Source of the DNA: a virus
Taxonomy: Duplodnaviria > Heunggongvirae > Uroviricota > Caudoviricetes
Virus record (IMG/VR): IMGVR_UViG_3300028797_000106
Direction: 5' to 3' (one strand)
Length of the DNA stretch: 64,000 nt
The notes under the pieces are model-generated. The model searched no databases and was not told the DNA's origin. It was given only the letters and a program-made list of their open reading frames with translations. Shown here in pieces: positions 46,803 to 56,115 of the stretch. Position 1 is the first letter of the stretch. Each line of letters begins with the position of its first letter. Made by a program: the position numbers and the translations under genes.

Positions 46803-47330
46803 ATGTATGAAGCACTGTTTCAAAGGATTAAATCAACCGACTTCCCTCTGGCCTGCCGCGGAATGTATTACTTCTCGAAAGGCAGACACGCACATCAAGA
46901 AAGGAAAGGATCTGGCATGCCTTACTTTGTTCACCCTCGCGGCGTTGCATACATCGTGATGGAACATGGCGGCACAGTTGACCAGATAAATGCAGCGCTT
47001 GCACATGACCTGCTTGAAGATACGGAAACATCCTATCTTGAAATCAAGGCAGTTGCCAATTCAAATCATTGTGCGGAACTCTGCGCTGAATTAAGAAACA
47101 ATGAATTTAAGAAAGAAGAACTCGGCAAGGAAAAATACATCACGGAAAAATTGCTCGGCATGAGCAATGACGCCCTTTTGATTAAACTTGCGGATATGGT
47201 TTACAATTCTTATGACATGCCTGGTGAAAAAGCATTGAACCGTATGTATAAGAATGTTTGTGAACTGCTTCTTAAGAGAGAATTATCGCCAATCTGCAAA
47301 GAACTTGCGGATTTGGTAATTTTGGCTTAA
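46803..47330 (+). CDS. Small (p)ppGpp hydrolase, HD-domain (SpoT/Mesh1-like)
   Basis: HAHQERKGSGMPYFVHPRGVAYIV...INAALAHDLLEDTETS matches the RelA/SpoT hydrolase-domain consensus. gtggaggtaaaac RBS. Confidence 0.6.
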   Translation: MYEALFQRIKSTDFPLACRGMYYFSKGRHAHQERKGSGMPYFVHPRGVAYIVMEHGGTVDQINAALAHDLLEDTETSYLEIKAVANSNHCAELCAELRNNEFKKEELGKEKYITEKLLGMSNDALLIKLADMVYNSYDMPGEKALNRMYKNVCELLLKRELSPICKELADLVILA

Positions 47331-47331
47331 T

Positions 47332-47541
47332 ATGACACAACCATTAAACATTAACGATTTTGCTGAACTCGGTCGTATGCTTAAGTATATTGACAGACAC
47401 GATGAAGAAGAAATTCGTGCGACCATCAAATATGAAGGCGAACGAGAAATGGCAAATGCAGAAAAGAACCTTGAACTGGCTGATGAAATCATCGCCGACA
47501 CAACTGGAGAAACCAATGAAAACTTACAAAGCAACAATTAA
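47332..47541 (+). CDS. hypothetical protein
   Basis: 69 aa. Confidence 0.4.
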   Translation: MTQPLNINDFAELGRMLKYIDRHDEEEIRATIKYEGEREMANAEKNLELADEIIADTTGETNENLQSNN

Positions 47542-47962
47542 CTGGCAATGGATAGACAAAGCCGGTAATAATCAAGTCACTTCTGAAACGATTGAACTTT
47601 CAGAAGCAAGACTGAAACAACTTCTTATTGACGCCTATGACGGATGGTATTCCGATGAAGGCTTTGTGGACTGGTGTTCACTTCAGCCGGAAACCTTGGA
47701 AGAATCCTTTGAAAGGGTCTTCAAAGAAAACCCGTTTGAGTCACTTGAAATTCATGACCATTTTGACCAAGTGCCGTATCCTGCTGACATCATCATTGAT
47801 GATTTCTATTCCGTGTGGCGAACATACGAGGATAGGGAAAATGATTATGATTATGCAGAAGACGACGAAGAATTTAACTCACCCAGACGCGTAGCAGAAT
47901 TCATTGATGAAGTGCTTGACGCGGTTGAAGAAAACAAGGCAGAAGCCGAAGGAGAAAACTAA
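47516..47962 (+). CDS. hypothetical protein
   Basis: ATG at 47516 after ggagaaacc RBS. Confidence 0.45.
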   Translation: MKTYKATINWQWIDKAGNNQVTSETIELSEARLKQLLIDAYDGWYSDEGFVDWCSLQPETLEESFERVFKENPFESLEIHDHFDQVPYPADIIIDDFYSVWRTYEDRENDYDYAEDDEEFNSPRRVAEFIDEVLDAVEENKAEAEGEN

Positions 47963-48408
47963 TGAAGGTATCTGAATTTATCAAAGGCTTGGATCTTACC
48001 AAGTATACTGACATCACCGTTATGGATTGGGATGAAGGCATGGACGGCGGCGACGTTGTGAAAGGCGGCGTCTTGAAAGAAAAGGCTCTTAAACCGTATC
48101 TTGACGATGAAGTTGACCCGAGGGTATTTTCGGAAAACAAAGGTGAACTTCATAAGGGCATCTATAACACTTATGTGCTGCCCGTTGTGATTGACGACGA
48201 AACCGCACAAGAATATGAAGCAATGTGCGAGGCTGCTGAAAAGGCTTGTGAAGAAGAGGACCCAGAGTTTGATAAGAACTTTGACGAAGTCTACAAGCAG
48301 TATGACGCAGAAAATAACGCAAACATGAAGGCTGGGAAACCTGGCATCGGCTTTGACGAATGGATGGAAGGCCACCCAGAACTCTTTGACAAACTTATGG
48401 CGGACTAA
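47962..48408 (+). CDS. hypothetical acidic protein
   Basis: 148 aa; TAATG overlap. Confidence 0.45.
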   Translation: MKVSEFIKGLDLTKYTDITVMDWDEGMDGGDVVKGGVLKEKALKPYLDDEVDPRVFSENKGELHKGIYNTYVLPVVIDDETAQEYEAMCEAAEKACEEEDPEFDKNFDEVYKQYDAENNANMKAGKPGIGFDEWMEGHPELFDKLMAD

Positions 48409-48564
48409 ATGAAAAAGAAATACATCAAACCCGAAATGGAAATCCTTGATACAGGCGTTCAGTCACAGTTGCTGGCAGGCTCCAGCGACCCTTGGTGGAA
48501 AGAACCTGACCCTCCTGAAGAAGGCTGCGAAAGCTCATGGCATTGCGGCGGTTGGGGGAACTAA
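48409..48564 (+). CDS. hypothetical small Cys/Trp-rich peptide (51 aa)
   Basis: MKKKYIKPEMEILDTGVQSQLLAGSSDPWWKEPDPPEEGCESSWHCGGWGN; starts right after the upstream stop and ends at the GIY-YIG start. Confidence 0.25.
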   Translation: MKKKYIKPEMEILDTGVQSQLLAGSSDPWWKEPDPPEEGCESSWHCGGWGN

Positions 48565-49208
48565 TGACTAACATTAAGAACTGTGTTTACTTGGTTCGCT
48601 GTGACGGACATGATAGAGGCGTGTATAAGATTGGTTTGACAACTGACCTTGATACACGCATCAAGTCTTTAAGTTCAGCAACAGAAGCGCCCGGCCCATT
48701 TTATCCGTTGGCTGTTATTGAAACTGATAAGTATCGCTTATTGGAATCATACATGCATAGCAGATATACGGACGAACGCATGTTTCCTAATAAAGAATTT
48801 TTCAAATTCATTGATGAAGAAGGAAACGAATATGTTGATGATGTCATTGATGAAATGCAACGCCTTGCAGAATTAATGAATGCAAAGATTACTGTTTTTG
48901 ATGACAACATTGAAAAGGATGAAAAGAAAGGTCGAGCAAAGCGTTTCTATTTCAAGAACATTGGATTGAAAGGCGGAGACGAAGTTATCCTTGACATTCC
49001 TAAAAATGAAAACACGCCGCATACTTATTATGTTGCAGCTGACGGCAGACATATTGTTGAAGACGCGGCTGACATAAACAATAAAGAAGTTTGGTTGTCG
49101 GTTTCTAAACTGATGCAAGAATACACTGATACCCGTCAGTGGTCAGTTCATCCTGAATGGTGGTATCACGACGGAGTAAGTTGTGCGTCAAAAATCCAAA
49201 ATAACTAA
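48564..49208 (+). CDS. GIY-YIG homing endonuclease-like protein
   Basis: VYLVRCDGHDRGVYKIGLTTDLDTRIKSL is a GIY-YIG motif; C-terminal basic region. Confidence 0.55.
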   Translation: MTNIKNCVYLVRCDGHDRGVYKIGLTTDLDTRIKSLSSATEAPGPFYPLAVIETDKYRLLESYMHSRYTDERMFPNKEFFKFIDEEGNEYVDDVIDEMQRLAELMNAKITVFDDNIEKDEKKGRAKRFYFKNIGLKGGDEVILDIPKNENTPHTYYVAADGRHIVEDAADINNKEVWLSVSKLMQEYTDTRQWSVHPEWWYHDGVSCASKIQNN

Positions 49209-49227
49209 GAAGAACTGGAGAAAACAA

Positions 49228-49872
49228 GTGAAGAAGGTTACGGTTCTTAATCGCTTCGCTGCTTTCTGCGCAGCGACAGGTTGGACAGAGATATCAGAAT
49301 GGGACGATGTAGGCGAAAAATATGACGGCATGGTCTATACCGTTGATGAGCTTGATGTTCGCAATGATTATATGTCATTCAAATTGGTAGTGGGACATGC
49401 AGGCTTGATGAAAAAAGATTTTGTCCCGTATGCATCGGATTTTACCGTATACATTGCTGGTGAATTTCATGAAGATCCTAAACTTGACATTTTGAAAATC
49501 ACCTGGGAATACATGCCTTCCATTTTGGTAGGAAAAAGCCTAGATGAAAGTTTCACTGCTATCTGCGAAAAGGATGATCTGCCTTATGAGTCTGACATCA
49601 CGGAATTCATTAAGGTTGATTCTTCTGCAAGAATTGACATCAGAAAAACAAGAATGCTTAAGGATGAAGATCGTGAAACAGCAGCGCAAGCAGTTTTTGC
49701 GAAAACGACTTGGGCGAAGATGCGTGATATGATTGACGCCCGTTTTAATGGCGTTGCCAATTTCCTTAATGAAGCACAAGCGCAGATGACTAAGGTGAGA
49801 AAGATCATTCTTTTGAAACTTGAACGAACAATGGCAACGATGGCAACAATAAATACCGCAAAGGAGGATTAA
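49228..49872 (+). CDS. hypothetical protein
   Basis: GTG start with ctggag RBS just after the upstream stop; start uncertain. Confidence 0.4.
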   Translation: MKKVTVLNRFAAFCAATGWTEISEWDDVGEKYDGMVYTVDELDVRNDYMSFKLVVGHAGLMKKDFVPYASDFTVYIAGEFHEDPKLDILKITWEYMPSILVGKSLDESFTAICEKDDLPYESDITEFIKVDSSARIDIRKTRMLKDEDRETAAQAVFAKTTWAKMRDMIDARFNGVANFLNEAQAQMTKVRKIILLKLERTMATMATINTAKED

Positions 49873-50052
49873 ATGGCTACACGCGGAGATAATAAATCGC
49901 TTTTACTTGAAAAGGCAGAAGATGGTTTCATTGATTGGGAAGACATTGCTCGTGAATGTATTGCTCAAATGTCAAATGATGACTGTTATGATGTCTGTGA
50001 TATGTTAGGACTTTTTGACCAAGACGGCGAAGAAGATTTAGAAGATGAATAA
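49873..50052 (+). CDS. hypothetical small acidic protein (59 aa)
   Basis: Strong aaaggagg RBS then ATG; below ORF-track cutoff. Confidence 0.45.
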   Translation: MATRGDNKSLLLEKAEDGFIDWEDIARECIAQMSNDDCYDVCDMLGLFDQDGEEDLEDE

Positions 50053-50284
50053 CAACCTAACACCAAGTGCGCTGATATTCATACTCATTGTGTGCATTGT
50101 TGCTCTACTTGGACTCGACTTTCTATGCTGGGCAGGCCTAATCTATTTGGCTTGCTGGATATTTGGTTTGCAGTTTCAGTGGACAGGCGCACTATGGATG
50201 TGGGTTATCGGAACAATTCTTATAACATTATTCAATGGAAATCCTAAAAAGGAAGCAAAAGATGAGCAAAGCGATAAAAACTGA
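50045..50284 (+). CDS. hypothetical small membrane protein
   Basis: 79 aa with 2-3 hydrophobic helices. Confidence 0.45.
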   Translation: MNNNLTPSALIFILIVCIVALLGLDFLCWAGLIYLACWIFGLQFQWTGALWMWVIGTILITLFNGNPKKEAKDEQSDKN

Positions 50285-50834
50285 AACAGTATCGGGAATG
50301 AATAACTCCCCGGAATATATCCTAACTTCAGATCCCACAAACTCGCTGAAACTCGAGGATGAATTCCCTTATACTGCGACAAGAGAACATCCGACTGATG
50401 AAAGCAAGATTATCTTTGAGACAACCTACAAAGGCTATCATATCATCATCAAGTCAATATGTGGTATGTTCCCGACTGCCTATGTTGATGTGAAAATGAA
50501 AGAACTTTTGAATGTTCGCTGGAACGAACGCCGTAATGTGCCGTTTGAAGTCACTTATGAAGGTGATATGATACACGGATCTACTACGTTGCTTCCTGAG
50601 ACTGGTAAATACGCAACAGGTGATGACCGCAAAGGTAAATTCATCGGTTGGGACTATGGTCACTTCGGTGATTATAACGCTATGATGCCTGAACTCGGCG
50701 GAACTCGCTATTCTATCGCAATGATCTGTCACGATGCGATTAAATTCATTGATAATTGTGTCATTCCTGAAAGGGAGGCTATAAATGAAGTCAAAAGAGC
50801 TAATAGAGCTACTTCAAAGAAATCCGGAAAGTGA
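50262..50834 (+). CDS. hypothetical protein
   Basis: ATG at 50262 after aaggaagcaaaag. Confidence 0.5.
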   Translation: MSKAIKTETVSGMNNSPEYILTSDPTNSLKLEDEFPYTATREHPTDESKIIFETTYKGYHIIIKSICGMFPTAYVDVKMKELLNVRWNERRNVPFEVTYEGDMIHGSTTLLPETGKYATGDDRKGKFIGWDYGHFGDYNAMMPELGGTRYSIAMICHDAIKFIDNCVIPEREAINEVKRANRATSKKSGK

Positions 50835-50964
50835 AATCCAAATCCGTGTTAAGGTCCTAACGGAAGAAAACGGATACAAAAGAGAAGTCACCGCTTGGGT
50901 TCCGCTTGAAGAAAAGCACATACAGCAAGCCAAATACGGTGGAAATACAATTTTCATCGGTTAG
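50785..50964 (+). CDS. hypothetical small protein (59 aa)
   Basis: aagggagg RBS then ATG; overlaps the 3' end of the previous gene by about 50 nt. Confidence 0.3.
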   Translation: MKSKELIELLQRNPESEIQIRVKVLTEENGYKREVTAWVPLEEKHIQQAKYGGNTIFIG

Positions 50965-50996
50965 ACATACATAATCTCTTAATTGCAGATTTATTT

Positions 50997-51039
50997 CCTC
51001 GCCAAATGCAGGCGAGGATTTTTTTGTTATATTTTTACC
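50997..51039 (+). terminator. Rho-independent terminator with adjoining GTTATATTTT box
   Basis: cctcgcc-aaatgca-ggcgagg hairpin then atttttttgttatattttt. Confidence 0.65.
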
Positions 51040-51106
51040 TAATAAATAATGTGCCGACGCCTGAAGGCGAGGTAAATAGACACATTATTGCATATTAGGA
51101 GAAACC

Positions 51107-52246
51107 ATGGCAAATAAATTAGTCGCTAAATTTAAGAGAGAAAAAGTATTCGCCGATATCTTGGCAGCAGACAATGTAGAAGATGAATATCTGTCTACCA
51201 ACTGTGCGCCTGTTAACTTGTTATTTAGTGGAAAACTTCTTGGTGGAATTAAAAAGGGTAAGATGAGCACCATCTGTGCTGACTCCGGTTGGGGTAAGTC
51301 ATTGATTGGCTTGAACTGTCTGGCTGCTGCATATAAGTCGGGCATGACATGCGTTGTCATTGACACAGAAAACGCTTTCAATGTTGAACTTGCTGCATCG
51401 CTTGGCATTGACGTTGACGATATCTTGATTTTCAAGACTTCGCGCATTCCTGAAATCAAACAGATTTACGGTCGCATTAACCACGGCCTAACACGAGCCG
51501 AATCTCGTGAGATTTTCGTGCTTCTTGACTCTTGGGGTCCGATTGTTGAAGCACAGGTTATGGAAAAGGCAGAAGAAGCATCATCTGCTGTGAACATGTC
51601 AGCAGCTAAGTTCAAGAACGAACTTGCTAACATCATCAACGCTTGCGGAAACACATCGCTGATTGTCAACCATGTGTATGAATCGTTGCAGATGTATGGT
51701 GAAAAGTTCGCTGTCCCAGGTGGTAAGAGATTGTTCTTCAACTCTGACGCTATCGTTCTTGCTTCGTCAGCAGCTAAGGCTAAGGACAAGGAAGGAAACA
51801 TCTACGGTAAGGTCATTACAGCAGGTGTTAAGAAAGGTCGTGCTGCTAAGGAATTCTCTAAGACCAAGTTCTTGATTGAACATTCTGGTGGTATCAACCC
51901 TTACTTCGGTTTGTTGGAAGATGCTATTGACTCCGGTGCGGTTATCAAGGTAAAGCAGGGCGTCTCTGTTGTTTACCAGCGTGTTGGAATTGACGAAGAC
52001 GGAAAAACATGGAAGGAAGCAGACCTTTACTGCGCTGCATTCTGGATTCCTCTTTACAAGAGCGAAGTATTCAACCACTATGTGGAAAAGAAATACGCTT
52101 TTGAAGATGCAACTCTTGTTGCTTCCGTTGAAAACATTATGGACCTTTTGAATGCTGACCCGTCAACTTTGTCTACTCAGTCTATCGGCGCTAAACGCAA
52201 TGAAGACGATGACGATGACGAAGACTACGATGTGGACGCTGAATAA
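51107..52246 (+). CDS. uvsX: UvsX/RecA-like recombinase
   Basis: RecA-fold Walker A ADSGWGKS; overall layout like T4 UvsX; acidic C-terminal tail. Confidence 0.8.
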   Translation: MANKLVAKFKREKVFADILAADNVEDEYLSTNCAPVNLLFSGKLLGGIKKGKMSTICADSGWGKSLIGLNCLAAAYKSGMTCVVIDTENAFNVELAASLGIDVDDILIFKTSRIPEIKQIYGRINHGLTRAESREIFVLLDSWGPIVEAQVMEKAEEASSAVNMSAAKFKNELANIINACGNTSLIVNHVYESLQMYGEKFAVPGGKRLFFNSDAIVLASSAAKAKDKEGNIYGKVITAGVKKGRAAKEFSKTKFLIEHSGGINPYFGLLEDAIDSGAVIKVKQGVSVVYQRVGIDEDGKTWKEADLYCAAFWIPLYKSEVFNHYVEKKYAFEDATLVASVENIMDLLNADPSTLSTQSIGAKRNEDDDDDEDYDVDAE

Positions 52247-52269
52247 TCGTCAATAATTCTTAAGAGAGT

Positions 52270-52300
52270 GGGCAGAAAATTTTTGCCCATTCTTTTTTTC
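52270..52300 (+). terminator. Weak intrinsic terminator followed by TTTATATTTT box
   Basis: gggca-gaaaattttt-gccc hairpin then ttctttttttc. Confidence 0.4.
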
Positions 52301-52349
52301 TTAAAAAATGTTTTTATATTTTATTCAAACATTTTAGGAGTATCTTTAT

Positions 52350-52913
52350 ATGTCAGTTGTTATCATGTGTGGTTTGGACCGATGCGGGAAATCTACACAA
52401 ATAGAAAAGATCAAGAATTATTTCAAAGAAAAAGGCAGAGACTCGACAGTAATTCACTATTCCGGCATTGATGTTCCAGAAAGTGGACCATTCAAGCAGG
52501 GTGCACAATTCGTTGCATCAAGAGCAAGATATGATGACATGCTTCACCTTGCTGATGAAATGACTGACGCTGAACAAGTTCTGATTTTTGACCGAGCACA
52601 CCTCGGGGAAATGGTTTACTCTCCGCTTTATAGAAAGTATAATGGGGAATATGTTTTTGAACTCGAACAGAAGTATCCGAACTTACTTGAGAAGGCACTT
52701 CTATTTGTTGTCATTGACACTCCAGAGCATCTACTTGCTCGTGAAGACGGTATGAGTTTCTCTAACAAGATTGAAGATAAGCAGAAAGAGATTGAATGTT
52801 TTAAGAAGGCATTCGGTATGAGCAACATCAAGAATAAAGAGCTTATTGACATATCTGACAAGAGCATTGAAGATGTTTGGAATATCATTAAACAAAAATT
52901 GGAGAATGTATGA
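52350..52913 (+). CDS. Deoxynucleoside monophosphate kinase (thymidylate-kinase-like)
   Basis: IMCGLDRCGKSTQ P-loop like Tmk GxDGxGKST; sits directly upstream of the hydroxymethylase. Confidence 0.6.
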   Translation: MSVVIMCGLDRCGKSTQIEKIKNYFKEKGRDSTVIHYSGIDVPESGPFKQGAQFVASRARYDDMLHLADEMTDAEQVLIFDRAHLGEMVYSPLYRKYNGEYVFELEQKYPNLLEKALLFVVIDTPEHLLAREDGMSFSNKIEDKQKEIECFKKAFGMSNIKNKELIDISDKSIEDVWNIIKQKLENV

Positions 52914-53659
52914 TTGAAAATTTTGAAATGAAAGAAGATTTGGAAATGCGTCCTGACATGGCTCGAAATGACGCAGTTCTTAATGAAATTCATCAGATGC
53001 TTGCTTATAAGTATCTGTCCGGCGACAAGGTTGGAAATACATGGGAACTGATTGACCAGCATTTGACTCTCAACCCGCTTCAGCCTTATGTGAATGTTCT
53101 TGGCCGTCCGTTCAAACACGACTACCTTGAAAAAGAACATAAGTGGTATATGTCGCAGGATCTGTCTATTAAGGGATGGATGGACGACATCAAGATTTGG
53201 CAGTGGTGTGCATCTAAGGATGACAAGCAGCTCATCAACTCGAATTATGGTTGGTGCGTGTTCTCTGAAGAAAACGGTTCTCAATATGAAAACTGCATTG
53301 AGAAGATGAAGGCCGATGTGAACACAAGAGAAGCATTGATGATTTACACAAGACCGTCAATGCACAAGGACGCTGTTGAAAATGGTAAGCATGATTTCAT
53401 GTGTACTGTCTCTGCACAGGCGATGATTCGTGACGGCAAGCTTTATTACATTGTGACTCAAAGATCTTGTGACTTGGTGACTGGCTTCTCGTTTGACTTC
53501 CCATGGCACTGCTTCGTTTATCAGATGATGTTCCAAGAATTGAAGAAGACATACCCTGAATTGGAAGTGGGTAGCATCTTCTATAACATCGGGTCTTTGC
53601 ATGTTTATGAAAGACACGAAAATCTCTTGAAGAAATGGGCAGCATATAACGAAGTATAA
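52910..53659 (+). CDS. Deoxycytidylate (pyrimidine) 5-hydroxymethyltransferase, T4 gp42-like
   Basis: KIWQWCASKDDKQLINSNYGWCVF, ALMIYTRPSMHKD, HDFMCTVSAQAMIRDGK and YNIGSLHVYERH closely track T4 gp42 blocks (KIWQQVASSKGEINSNYGWAIW, GIMIYTRPSMQFD, SDFMCTNTVQYLIRDKK, WNVGSLHVYSRH) by recall. ThyA-fold active-site Cys present. Confidence 0.8.
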   Translation: MIENFEMKEDLEMRPDMARNDAVLNEIHQMLAYKYLSGDKVGNTWELIDQHLTLNPLQPYVNVLGRPFKHDYLEKEHKWYMSQDLSIKGWMDDIKIWQWCASKDDKQLINSNYGWCVFSEENGSQYENCIEKMKADVNTREALMIYTRPSMHKDAVENGKHDFMCTVSAQAMIRDGKLYYIVTQRSCDLVTGFSFDFPWHCFVYQMMFQELKKTYPELEVGSIFYNIGSLHVYERHENLLKKWAAYNEV

Positions 53660-55095
53660 TGAAAGCAACGGATTTTGAAAGAATCATCATTAAAGCACTC
53701 TTCGTGAATGAAGGGGTAAGATCTAAAGTCTTACCCATGCTTTCCGTTGATTGGTTCTTTGATGTTGATGACAAGTTTATTGTAGACCGCATTTTGGATT
53801 ACAATACTCGCTTCGGACGATTGCCCAATGTCATTGAAATGAAGCGTCTTATCACTGATGAACAGACGCTGAAAATCTTTGATGAAGTGATGGGTATCGC
53901 TGACGAGGAAGTCAATACAGAATTCATTCTTGAAGAAATTGAAGAATATGTTCGTAAGCGACTTCTGTATAATCAGGCGGTTAAGATTACATCTTATGTG
54001 ACCGGAGGAGATAAGACACAGCCGGGCAGTTCTTCAAGTGAGAGCTTTGCTGATAATGTGTCCGATGCAGAATCGTTCTCCTTTGACACGAACATTGGTT
54101 TTGACTTCTTCAATGATCCTCAGAGATTGTATGAAGATGCCAACATTCATGAGAAGATTTACAACTGTGGCATTGAAACACTCAATGACATGATTGGAGG
54201 TGGGTTCCATGAAAAGTCGCTGACACTTATCATGGCAGGAACGAACGTAGGTAAGACACTTATTATGTGCTCACTTGCGAACAACTTCGTCATGAATGGA
54301 CATAACGTATTGTATGTGACATTTGAAGACCCGGAAAACAAGATTGCATCTCGTGTTGCTCAAAATATGTTTGACATCACGCAGCAGCAATATCGTCAAA
54401 TGTCAAAGGAAGATTTCGGAAAGGCGTTCGCAAAAGCGAAGTCACATCTTCGTGGCAACCGTTTGGTTATTAAGGAATTTCCAGAATACTCGACGAATGC
54501 GATGAAGATCCGTTCACTTATCAAGGAACTTGACGAAAAGCAAGGTTTCAAACCTGATGTCTTGTTCATTGACTATATCGGATGTATGGTTCCGAACGGA
54601 CGCTTCAACCCGAACATGAACTCAAACACACTCTTGCTCACTGTTGCTATGCAGGTAAGAGCATTGGGTATGGAATTGGGTATTCCTGTCATATCTGCTT
54701 CACAGGCAAACCGTGGCGGTAACGGCGTTGCTGAAATCGCATTGACGGACGTAGCCGACTCATTCGGTCAGAACATGAAGGCAGACGCTGTCTTCGGTGT
54801 CACACAACCGGAAGAAATGGCTGAACAGAACCTTTACATTGTGAAGTTGTTGAAGACAAGATACGGTGCACCATTGAATGGAAGGCCGATATTGACCCGT
54901 ATTGGCGTGGATAAGGAAAAGCAGCGCATATTTGATATAGATATTGCAGCAACATCACAAAGCGCCGCAAACATCTTTACGCAGCCTTCACCGACACCGC
55001 GTAAGAAGACATTGAAAAACACAGAGGAAGACGAGCCGTATGAATTTGACGAGGGTTCTTCCGAAACACCGATTGATGAAATAGACTTTGTATAG
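53659..55095 (+). CDS. Replicative DNA helicase, DnaB family (T4 gp41-like)
   Basis: Walker A MAGTNVGKT, Walker B VLFIDYIG, arginine finger region SQANRGG; 478 aa. Confidence 0.85.
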   Translation: MKATDFERIIIKALFVNEGVRSKVLPMLSVDWFFDVDDKFIVDRILDYNTRFGRLPNVIEMKRLITDEQTLKIFDEVMGIADEEVNTEFILEEIEEYVRKRLLYNQAVKITSYVTGGDKTQPGSSSSESFADNVSDAESFSFDTNIGFDFFNDPQRLYEDANIHEKIYNCGIETLNDMIGGGFHEKSLTLIMAGTNVGKTLIMCSLANNFVMNGHNVLYVTFEDPENKIASRVAQNMFDITQQQYRQMSKEDFGKAFAKAKSHLRGNRLVIKEFPEYSTNAMKIRSLIKELDEKQGFKPDVLFIDYIGCMVPNGRFNPNMNSNTLLLTVAMQVRALGMELGIPVISASQANRGGNGVAEIALTDVADSFGQNMKADAVFGVTQPEEMAEQNLYIVKLLKTRYGAPLNGRPILTRIGVDKEKQRIFDIDIAATSQSAANIFTQPSPTPRKKTLKNTEEDEPYEFDEGSSETPIDEIDFV

Positions 55096-55099
55096 GAGG

Positions 55100-55519
55100 A
55101 TGACGATGGACTACTTTGATACATTGTTAACCGATTGGGATGACCGACAGTCACTTGAACGAAAGCAGAACAAGACAAAGTTCTACAACCTGATGAAGGA
55201 AAGAGGATTTGACTTGACTGACATTGATGATGCGTCAAGGTTGCCGAAGTCGCTCATTCCAGTCATACAGAATAACACTGATGCTTTTGCGGCATTTAAC
55301 CAAGCATTGGCAGATCTTAATAGGAAGAAACTTGTTCCTGTTGCGGACTCTGTCACATACTTGATTACTGACTTCTTGGAAGTTCCTATCGCTTTGAAGT
55401 GTCTTGACGAACTGAATTACTATGCAGTTAAGACAGAGCTTTTGAAGAGATACCGCATACAGCTAGACAAACAGCCGAAAGGCACAACATTATTGGATTT
55501 TCTCGATGCAGACGACTAG
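55100..55519 (+). CDS. hypothetical protein
   Basis: taggagg RBS then ATG at 55100. Confidence 0.5.
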   Translation: MTMDYFDTLLTDWDDRQSLERKQNKTKFYNLMKERGFDLTDIDDASRLPKSLIPVIQNNTDAFAAFNQALADLNRKKLVPVADSVTYLITDFLEVPIALKCLDELNYYAVKTELLKRYRIQLDKQPKGTTLLDFLDADD

Positions 55520-56111
55520 TAGAGAATTATACCACTTTTGGACGGAGTTCAGCAAGCTTGTCAAGAAAGACACGCCTGCTGCCTTCCGCAAATTTTCAAA
55601 GAAGACTTTTGAACAAGTCCTTAAGGAAGATTTCTTTGAGACGCCTCGTATGAAGAATGCGTTCCCTGACTTCATTGACATGGCTAACGCAATTAACTCG
55701 AAAGAGGTTGACTTTAAGGAATGGGTTCTTGCAATGATAGGAGAATCCATCACAGGGAAGCTTAAGAAAAAAAACATCTTAAATCCCAACTATGTGAAAA
55801 ATGTTGTTAAATTTTATACCGTAAAAGAGATAAATCGTCAGCGTGACCTTATAAATAAATTGTCAGAGGAAGCTGCAGGCGATAATCCGTTTACGGACTT
55901 TTCTGACGCAAAATTTGACCTATATCAAGTCAATGAACAGCAGAAAAATAAACTTTATGAATTGGTAAGGAAAGGTGAATTAAACTTCTGGTTCTACATT
56001 GAGGCACTTGACAACAAATGCTTTAAGGTAGATGAAAGCAAGATTATTGACCAATCATTTAATCAGTTCTTAAGGTTGTTGCATATAGTAAGACAAAACA
56101 TAAAGGAGTAA
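55506..56111 (+). CDS. hypothetical protein (positional analog of T4 helicase loader gp59)
   Basis: 201 aa immediately upstream of the gp32-like gene; no convincing sequence match. Confidence 0.4.
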   Translation: MQTTSRELYHFWTEFSKLVKKDTPAAFRKFSKKTFEQVLKEDFFETPRMKNAFPDFIDMANAINSKEVDFKEWVLAMIGESITGKLKKKNILNPNYVKNVVKFYTVKEINRQRDLINKLSEEAAGDNPFTDFSDAKFDLYQVNEQQKNKLYELVRKGELNFWFYIEALDNKCFKVDESKIIDQSFNQFLRLLHIVRQNIKE

Positions 56112-56115
56112 TATC

